This document shows positions 1 through 8,356 of a DNA stretch of 43,922 nt, piece by piece; position 1 is the first letter of the stretch, and every line of letters begins with the position of its first letter. A program made the translations under genes and the position numbers. This DNA is from Leidyana gryllorum EB-2025a (Eukaryota; Protista; Apicomplexa), in contig JBLWGC010000055.1 in the NCBI GenBank assembly GCA_048772705.1, forward strand, positions 1-43,922. The letters run 5' to 3'. The notes below the pieces were generated by a model, which saw nothing but the letters and a program-made list of their open reading frames with translations, did not search any database and was not told where the DNA came from.

Positions 1-131
1 TGGGCATTATGTATTGGAGTGAATGGGAATTTGTAAGAATATGCGGATGGAGTCAAGTTATGCATAGGATTTGAGTGTTGATGCGGACGACATGAATTTG
101 GCTAATGATAGGTAGGTTAATAGGAGTATAT
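1..131. repeat. Direct repeat, copy 1 (matches 43792-43922)
   Basis: The first and last 131 nt of the window align with about 4 substitutions. Confidence 0.95.
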
Positions 132-309
132 TGACAATTGTGATGTAGTTCGAGGTGTTGTAAGAGGGTGGTGGTCAGTTGTTTGCTATAAAACATTGAG
201 AGAGTGTATATATGCTAAGAGTTATGAGTATTCGAATTGTTAGTGTACGAGCGGGATGTTAAGGCTGATATGTATGTTGAGTAATAGTGTGCGTGAAGAA
301 GTATTGATG

Positions 310-358
310 GGGTGTGGGGAGCGCCCTTGTCGCTTCGCTGGGGCGCTTCCCCGTACCC
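310..358 (+). other. GC-rich stem-loop in AT-rich DNA
   Basis: GGGTGTGGGGA-GCGCCC pairs with GGGCGC-T-TCCCCGTACCC, ~18 bp including G.T pairs; the loop contains TCGCTTCGCT. Confidence 0.6.
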
Positions 359-514
359 ATTGTTTCTGTGAGATTTATTTATTGATGGAATAGTTAGCAA
401 CCTATCGTGAATGTGATAAGTAGAACGAACCAATTGCATCAATCTTGCGTGCAATTGCTCTGGAACGATATGTACGAGTTCAAACGACTTGTAGAGAAGT
501 GTCATTTAAGTACC

Positions 515-1715
515 TATCAAGTAGCAAAGAAGTGTGAAACAAGTGTCAAACAACTCGGAAACCAGTGTCAAACAAGCCTGGAACATGTTGCAAACAAGTG
601 TGAAACATGTCGCGAAGCAAGGGTCAAACAAGTTCGCAACAAGTTTTAAACATGTTGCAAACAAGTGGCAAACATGTGTCAAAGATGTCGCAAACATATC
701 GCAAACGAGTGTCAAACAGGTGTGCAACATGTGGCAACAAACAAGTGGCAAACATGTGTGTCACACGTGGCAAACAAGTAGCAAACAAGTGTCAAAGATG
801 TGGCAAACATATCGCAAACAAGTGTCAAACGAATGTCAAACAAGTGTGAAACATGTGGCAAACATGTAGGAAACAAGTGGCAAGCGTGTGTGTAACACGT
901 GGCAAACAAGTAGCAAAACAAGTGCCAAAGATGTCGCAAACAAGTGTCAAACGAGTGTCAAACGAGTGTGAAACATGTGGCAAACATGTAGGAAACAAGT
1001 GGCAAACGTGTGTGTAACACGTGGCAAACAAGTAGCAAAACAAGTGCCAAAGATGTCGCAAACAAGTGTCAAACGAGTGTCAAACAAGTGTGGAACATGT
1101 GGCAAAAAAGTGTTAAACATGTGGCGAACAAGTTTCAACGGAGTTTCAAACAAGTGTTAAACATGTGGCAAAGAACTGGCAAGCAAGTGTAAAGCATGTG
1201 GCAAACAAGTTTCAAAGAAGTATCAAACAAGTTGTGGCAAAAAAGTGTTAAACATGTGGCGAACAAGTCTCAACGGAGTTTCAAACAAGTGTTAAACATG
1301 TGGCAAAGAACTGGCAAGCAAGTGTAAAGCATGCGGCAAACAAGTTTCAAACGAGTGTCAAACAAGTGTGGAACATGTGGGAAAAAAGTGTTAAACATGT
1401 GGTGAACAAGTCTCAACGGAGTTTCAAACAAGTGTTAAACATGTGGCGAAGAAGTGGCAAGCACGTGTCAAACGAGTATCAAACAAGTGTGAAATATGTG
1501 GCAGAAAAGTGTTTAACATGTGGCGAACAAGTCTCAACTGAGTGTCAAAGAAGTATGAAAGATGTGGCAAAGAAGTGGGAAGCAAGTGTAAAGCATGTGG
1601 CAAACAAGTTTCAAAGAAGTATCAAACAAGTAGCAAGCAAGTAGGAAACAAGTGTGAAACAGGTAGCAAACAAGTGTCAAACATGTCGCAAACAAGTCTC
1701 GAACATGTTGCAAAG
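515..1715. repeat. 11-bp minisatellite/satellite (CAAACA[A/T]GTG[T/G]) with a 122-bp higher-order unit
   Basis: About 100 degenerate monomers such as CAAACAAGTGT and CAAACATGTGG; AACATGTAGG recurs at 861 and 983 within near-identical 122-bp blocks. Confidence 0.95.
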
Positions 1716-2770
1716 GGGTACTGAAGGTGCTGCAAAGAGATGTGTAACACAAGTATCATCTGGTACAAGTTGCACACTGGTGACGAACTCTGCTTTTTTG
1801 AAAATTTGGTAAGGGGGGGTTAAGGATGACGACACGAAAAAATCCGATGAATTAGTAACGGGTTAAGGATGACGACATGAAAAATTCCGATGAATTTGTA
1901 ACGAGATAAGGATGACGACATCAAAAAACACCGATAAACTTGTAACGAGATAAGGGTGACGACATCAGAAAAATGTGAGAAATTTCGTTTAGAGACACCC
2001 AATAAGACGAGAAAGACGGTAGGGGAGACTGAGAATGACTCAATGAGATGTTAGCTGGGGCGTCACTGGATGCTGGTTGGGGCAGGTAGCGAATGGGGGT
2101 CAGTTGGCTGGGATTAAAACTGCACAACGGGGAGGTGAGGCTCTGGTCGCAAAGTGCCGAAGCTCTTCCTCGGCTATGTGAGATGTGTGGGGATGAGGTG
2201 TGGGAACTTACTTGGTGTGGGAACGTGCCAGACCAGTCTGAGTGGCACGAGGTCACGTCTTGGGAACATCTGGGGGGGAAGAAAGCGAGCGCGAGCGAGA
2301 AGAGGGCTTTTTGGATCTGAGAACAAAAATAACAGTCCAAGTCCCACGTCTCGCACACCAAATCTTGGGAAAAGTGGCTCGTTTGGGCTGCTATCTGTTG
2401 CTTGCGAGCCGCACGAGAGCTAAATTAAGGAGTCTGACGACCCTTACATCTCGATGGGAGGCTAGTTTGCTGTAGCGAACGAGCCAATTGAAGTTTGGGA
2501 AGTCTCATTTTTGCAAAAATCAGGCCTTCTCGTGTCTCCGAGAGCTCGAGAGAGTCGCCTATCTCCTATTCTAGCGGTGAGATTTCGCCTAAAATCTGGC
2601 TGCTAACTAATCAGGCCACTACTATTCCTAAGGTAAGCGAGAGAGCTAGTCTAGAGCTCCTAATCAAATTCCTATTTCACTAAAAGTCGTTTCTGGTACC
2701 CCCTAAGAACCCCCAAAAAACCTACGGTAATGGTCGGGCTCACCCTTGCGGGTTTCGCCGACCTGCACAA
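1703..2770. repeat. ~1.07 kb non-coding host repeat, copy 1 (uninterrupted; gives the empty sites for A and C)
   Basis: Matches 2771-3112 + 7921-7978 + 20616-21246; both copies end in GACCTGCACAA. Confidence 0.93.
1821..1987 (+). repeat. 43-44 bp tandem sub-repeat x4 (TAAGGATGACGACA core)
   Basis: Cores at 1821, 1864, 1907 and 1951. Confidence 0.9.
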
Positions 2771-2886
2771 ACATGTTGCAAAGGGTTATTGAAGGTGCTG
2801 CAAAGAGATGTGTAACACAAGTATCATCTGGTACAAGTTGCACACTGGTGACGAACTCTGCTTTTTTGAAAAATTTGGTAAGGGGT

Positions 2887-3009
2887 TAAGGATGACGACA
2901 TGAAAAATTCCGATGAATTTGTAACGAGATAAGGATGACGACATCAAAAAACACCGATAAACTTGTAACGAGATAAGGGTGACGACATCAAAAAATGTGA
3001 TAAATTTCG
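2887..3009 (+). repeat. 43-44 bp tandem sub-repeat x3
   Basis: Cores at 2887, 2930 and 2974; one unit fewer than in copy 1. Confidence 0.9.
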
Positions 3010-3112
3010 CTTAGAGACACCCAATAACCTCAGTAGACGAGAAATGCGGTAGGGGAGACTGAGAATGACTCAATGAGATGTTAGCTGGGGCGTCACTGGA
3101 TGCTGGTTGGGG

Positions 3113-3294
3113 TGTAGGCCAAGTCATATATGTGTTCATGTTTGTGTCTCGGTGCCGGCCGGCCGGCCGGAACGAGACGGAGACACGGGTTTTTAGAGTG
3201 TACATAGATTCGACGAACGAACAACGAACAACGATGGTTCTACGAAGTGGCAAAGCCCTACGGACGCAAGCAGGTGGTCATGCAGATGACTACA
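3113..3294 (+). repeat. 5' LTR of A
   Basis: TGTAGGCC...GACTACA, followed by T and the PBS. Confidence 0.97.
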
Positions 3295-4355
3295 TTGGTA
3301 GCAGTGCGTCTCTAATACCAATAGACAAGACCGCGATGACCGAACCAAAACCCGGAATCGACCCGGAAACTAAGAAAGGAACGGACAGCCCAATCACAGG
3401 GGCACCGGCGGACGGCCTAACGCCGATAGAACAGATCCAGCTGATAACCCACATAGTCCGGAACGCACTCGAGGAAGAGCGGAACACCCAGCAGAAAGCC
3501 ACCAGCCACCGCCAAATCGAAGAAACCTCACAACAAGAAAGGGCGCATACGGCCCTCCGAAAACACACAACCTTCGACGGAACCGCATCAGCGCGGGATT
3601 GGCTAGACGGTTGCGCCGCCCGCTTCGTCGCTCATCGAATTACCGAACCCCAGAGCCAAACTCGAGCAGCAGCAGCCCTTCTTACCGGATCAGCGGCAAG
3701 GTGGCTGCTCACCTCCCCAACTCTGGCCGACATTGACTTCAACACCTTCCGCAAGGCATTGATAGAAGAGTTCGACACGATTCAAACAGTTCAGAACGAC
3801 CTCACCAGAATGGCAGAAATAAGCAAAACAGGGACAATGGCCCAATACGTATCCGATTTCCGCACTCTCAACCGAGGACTACCGGAGACCATAGACACTC
3901 TTACCAGAACACACTTCTTCCTCAAAGGACTGCCCCACGCGGACAAGATAGCATTAAGCCCTCACATTGGAACGGACATCAACACACTCTGCCTGAGAGC
4001 ACTTCAGTACGCAGCAAGCACAGGATCTCAGAAACGCGTGACTGAGAATGTCTTTGCCACAGCAGCCACAACAGGGGGAACAGTGGGGAAAAGATGCCGA
4101 TTCTCACACCAGGAGTGCGTGGCACAGAAGCGATGTTTCAATTGCGGGTCGGACCAGCACCTAGCCTGGAAATGCGACCAACAACGAGATGATCGACGAG
4201 CCCGCCCCCTGATAAACCACCGAAACGCCAACCGCGGATACCGAAACGTGATGGCCACGGACATAGAACCCATCGAGGATTTTACGCAACGCCCTGGACA
4301 GACGGCGCACGCTCCAGAGGCAGAGAACAGCGCCAATCACATAACGGAACTCTGA
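3234..4355 (+). CDS. gag: Gag of A (MVLRSGK start inside the LTR; CX2CX4HX4C knuckle)
   Basis: Capsid-like region (FDG..ARDWLD, LTGSAARW) and CFNCGSDQHLAWKC. ATG chosen by comparison across families. Confidence 0.9.
   Translation: MVLRSGKALRTQAGGHADDYIGSSASLIPIDKTAMTEPKPGIDPETKKGTDSPITGAPADGLTPIEQIQLITHIVRNALEEERNTQQKATSHRQIEETSQQERAHTALRKHTTFDGTASARDWLDGCAARFVAHRITEPQSQTRAAAALLTGSAARWLLTSPTLADIDFNTFRKALIEEFDTIQTVQNDLTRMAEISKTGTMAQYVSDFRTLNRGLPETIDTLTRTHFFLKGLPHADKIALSPHIGTDINTLCLRALQYAASTGSQKRVTENVFATAATTGGTVGKRCRFSHQECVAQKRCFNCGSDQHLAWKCDQQRDDRRARPLINHRNANRGYRNVMATDIEPIEDFTQRPGQTAHAPEAENSANHITEL
3296..3309 (+). promoter_or_regulatory. Primer binding site, tRNA-iMet type (TGGTAGCAGTGCGT)
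   Basis: 1 nt after the LTR CA. Same 14-mer at 17117-17130, 19550-19563, 28459-28472, 30590-30603 and 42749-42762; a 1-mismatch version at 20218-20231. Confidence 0.9.
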
Positions 4356-7300
4356 CAACCCTCTGGAGAATTGGCCATCCCTCCACACACACCAACGAGG
4401 TCGTGGCCTGCATCTTGGTAGACACGGGCGCATCAATGACGTGCGTGGACGGCCAAACCGCCAAGAGACTCAAGTTACCAATCCTACAAGAAACCATCCA
4501 GTTACGATCGATCCACGGCACTAGCATACAACCACTGACACGGGTCAGATTTACGACGCCCAAGGGCCAAGATATAGTGGTCACCGCGGCAGTGACCCCG
4601 AAAATGGCATACGACGCGATCCTCCCAACTCAGGTCATAGCGAACCTGGGGATTAGAATTGGAACAACCGACGGAAAGAGACTATGCATACTCGGGGAGC
4701 GCATAATTGAAATCACGACACCACGCGGCGAAGAGTGGTGGAGCGAAAGCACCAACGAACGCAACACGCGTGCAGTCAACGCCACGATGGGACCGACACC
4801 AGCCGTCGAACCCGACATACCGCCGGGCGAGATAGGAGTGCTGGCCGACTTCCCAGAAATCATACGCGAGACGATACCGATGCCGCCACACCGCGAAGGC
4901 ATCGACCACTGTATAGTATTGAAATCGGCAGCGGTGAAACCGTGCGTACGACCCCCTTACAGAGTACCCCAACAGTTCATCAACGAAATGAGAAAGCAAA
5001 TACAGGACCTATCACAATCCGGCAAGATCGTATTGAGCACCTCAGCCTGGGCCTCGCCGTGCCTTTTCGTTCCAAAGAAAGATACCAGCGTCCCACGACT
5101 GGTATGCGACTACCGGCAGCTGAATACCCACACAATCAAAACAGCCTCGCCAATACCCCGACTAGAGGACGCCGTACAGATGCTAGGCAACGCGAAATGG
5201 CTATCCACACTCGATCTGAAAGCGGGGTACCACCAAATAAGGATGGCAAAAGAATCAAGACACCTCACCGCTTTCGCAACCCCCTGGGGGTTGTACGAGT
5301 GGACCGTTATGCCCTTCGGGCTAACCAACGCCCCGGCAACATTTATGACACTAATGAACAGCATATTTCAGGATATGATAGGCAGATGCCTGTTCATTTA
5401 CCTCGACGATCTTCTCATATTCTCTCCCACACTCGACCAGCACCGCGAAGACCTACGAAACGTATTCTCGCGACTCAAACAGAACCAACTTACCATTCAT
5501 CTGAGAAAATCTCACTTTTTCAAGACGGAGCTCGAATATGTCGGCCACATAGTGGGCGACGGGGGCATCCGTCCAATAGCAGCGAAGTCCATTGCGCTGT
5601 CAGCGATACCGTACCCCAACACACTGCGAGAGCTACAACGAGTCCTTGGGATGCTAAATTATTACCGAAAATTTATACCACGATTCGCAGACACGGCCAA
5701 GCCGCTCTATGAGCTAGGGAATGGACTCAAGAGACCCGGCGCACCGGTCAAGGTCACGACGGAGGCCCAACACGCACTGCAGACATTGAAAGAACAGTTA
5801 CAAAATGCACCTACACTTTGTTTCCCCCTACCGCAGAACGCAGAAATGGTGATCAACACGGACGCGAGCGCGGTCGCGATGGGCGCAGTCCTCCAACAAG
5901 AAACGAAGGATTGATTGTGCCCGCTGGAGTTCTTCTCTCAAACATTCAAGGAAGCACAGCGACGATACGCAACGCATGAGAGAGAACTTCTAGCAATCGT
6001 TGCCGCATGCCGCCATTGGAGACACCTGTTGGTCGGCAGACATGTCCGCATCCGCTCAGACCATAAACCGCTGACCTATCTCCTCTCACAACCCCACCTC
6101 TCCGACAGGCAGACGCGGTGGATTATCACACTCGCCGAGCTGGACATAGAGATTGAATATGTCAAGGGAACCAAGAACATAATAGCCGACCTGCTAAGCA
6201 GGCCACGGTCAGCAGGAGAACCTCACGAACGCCACGTACTCAACGTGGAGTACAATCAAACGGAACCGCGCACGGCTGAAAACACCACACAACATGACGA
6301 ACCACCCACCCTGGAGGAAGAATTGAGACGATTATGGGAGAACAAAAGAGCAGAGGCGGGAAAATGCGGACCGGTCGAGTGGGTCAAAGACCTCCCCGTG
6401 ACAGAGGACGGACTGATAGAAGTACCGACCGATATACCAATGATTCAAAAGATCATCTCGGAAAGCCACGACACACGCATCGCGGGCCACCTCGGCCCGG
6501 AACGAACAGCGGGACGAATCAAGACGCTCTTCACTTGGCGGGGCCTCATGCCAGACGTCATATCTTACTGCAGAAGCTGCACAACGTGCCAAAGGGCCAA
6601 GAGACGATCCCATAGACCCTATGGCTTACTACAGCCATTGAACAACCCAACTCTCCCGTGGGCAGAAGTTGGAATCGACTTCCTCGAGTTACCAACAGAC
6701 CCAACCACAGGTAAGAACTACCTAATGGTAGTAGTGGATAGACTCACGAGACGCATTCGTCTTGTGCCATGCGACAAGAGTATCTCGGCAACAGAAGCAG
6801 CCCAACTCTTCCTACGGAACGTAGTCCAAGTGCACGGCCTACCACATACGATTGTGTCAGACCGCGACGTCAGATTCACCAGCGCAATGTGGCGACAAAC
6901 GATGAGGGATTTAGGTATCAACCTGAGAATGACAACGGCCTACCACCCTCAATCAAATGGCCTTGTGGAACGCGCAAACCGCAGCATACTTCAGATACTA
7001 AGATGCACCTTAAACGGACACGGGAACGAATGGATGCAACATATCACAACCACAGAGATGGCGTACAACGCCACAATTCAACGATCAAGCAACTCAACAC
7101 CATTAGAGCTGGACACTGGGCGAGTGACGTTCATACCCACGAACCTGACCGACTTAGCCAGCACCAGGAGCCACTTCGGCCGACTCTATCTACAGAAACT
7201 CCAAGAGGCCCACGATAGGCTCAGCGCAGCTAGCAAAGCCCAAGAAGATAACACCAACCGACGACGGCAGGCTCACACCTTCCAAGAAGGCCAAATGGTA

Positions 7301-7738
7301 CTCTTGGCAACCAAGAATCTAGCACATGTACCGAAGACAAAGCTGACGAACCCCTTCTGTGGGCCTTTCAGGATCACTCGCGACTGCGGCAAGAACACCT
7401 ACCTGCTAGATCTACCGCCGACATGGGGCATACACCCCAAGTTCCACGCATCGAGACTCGAACCAATGAACAGCGAACAACTGGAAAGAGGAAGCACACC
7501 ACCAGAGGACACGGAGAATGATACTCTGTACATTATGCAGGAGATAGTCGGATGGAGAGAAGTGGAGAGTGGACTACAGTATAAAATCAAATGGGCCGGA
7601 TACAGCGACCAAACGTGGGAACCAGCAGAAGCAGTGCTCAACGCGGAAGGCGCCGACTTAATTGCCGACTTCGAAGAGAGATGGAACCGCCGGAACCCCA
7701 ATAACCCGTTCAGGCCCGGAGGAGGGGGAGGGATGTAG
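4277..7738 (+). pseudogene. pol: Pol of A (PR-RT-RNase H-IN-chromodomain) with one in-frame TGA at 5912-5914
   Basis: LVDTGAS, YLDD, TDAS, HHCC, SDRD/GLVER, GPF, YIMQEIV..KWAGY..WEP. The -1 frame is open from GGATTTT at 4277. Confidence 0.93.
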
Positions 7739-7915
7739 GCCAAGTCATATATGTGTTCATGTTTGTGTCTCGGTGCCGGCCGGCCGGCCGGAACGAGACG
7801 GAGACACGGGTTTTTAGAGTGTACATAGATTCGACGAACGAACAACGAACAACAATGGTTCTACGAAGTGGCAAAGCCCTACGGACGCAAGCAGGTGGTC
7901 ATGCAGATGACTACA
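7734..7915 (+). repeat. 3' LTR of A
   Basis: Follows the PPT GGAGGAGGGGGAGGGA. Confidence 0.97.
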
Positions 7916-7978
7916 TGGGGCAGGTAGCGAATGGGGGTCAGTTGGCTGGGATAAAAACTGCACAATGGGGAGGTGAGG

Positions 7979-8356
7979 TTTTAGCCCCGAGGGCGGCGGC
8001 TTTCGCTTTGGCAGTCATTCGAATTGTTCTAGGTTATTTCAGGTAATCACGTACACTCAAAAATCGTAAGCCACACGTGTGTCCGTGTCTCCGAGATGCC
8101 GGCCGGCATTTCCGGAGACACCGTCCTTCAACTCTCGACGTTGTCAGTGATCCTGGCGCCACCAATAGCTTGATCATGGCTATCACGCTACTGGTGGCGT
8201 CGGGATCACTGACAACGGGCCAGTTGAGGGGTGCTGCCTACCTGAGTTCGCTCAGTGGGTGATCAATGTCTTCGGAGCAGACGGCCGCCCTTGAGGGTGC
8301 CGTGGGATGGGTCCAGGAGAGGGGGCTGGTCTAGTAAGGGTCGTGGCGGGCTAACA
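7979..8356 (-). repeat. 3' LTR of C (TG...AA)
   Basis: Matches 20233-20610 and is adjacent to the PPT. Confidence 0.93.

Larger units (their letters stand above)
3113..7915 (+). mobile_element. Ty3/Gypsy chromovirus LTR retrotransposon A (4803 bp, full length)
   Basis: 182-bp TG...CA LTRs with 1 mismatch; TSD TGGGG (3108-3112 and 7916-7920); PBS 3296-3309; PPT 7718-7733; gag-pol. Confidence 0.97.

Noticed and set aside
1-131. Terminal repeat as an assembly overlap of a circular contig, or as the LTR pair of a giant element
   Set aside because: About 4 mismatches argue against a simple overlap; there is no PBS, PPT or CA end, and the repeat is probably cut by the window edges.
407-1752. Many 60-114 aa ORFs on both strands
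   Set aside because: They are translations of the 11-bp satellite, appear in all frames, and show no domain.
1821-1987. CRISPR-like repeat-spacer pattern
   Set aside because: The spacers resemble one another (a plain tandem repeat), there are no cas genes, and the context is eukaryotic.
4735-5712. 325-aa overlapping ORF within A pol
   Set aside because: An alternate-frame shadow of biased codon usage; R/T/P-rich and not preserved at this length in the other families.
5912-5914. TGA read-through or alternative genetic code in A pol
   Set aside because: A single TGA in an RNase H loop where relatives often have Gly, so probably GGA to TGA. Other pols have no internal TGA, and TGA terminates several gags.
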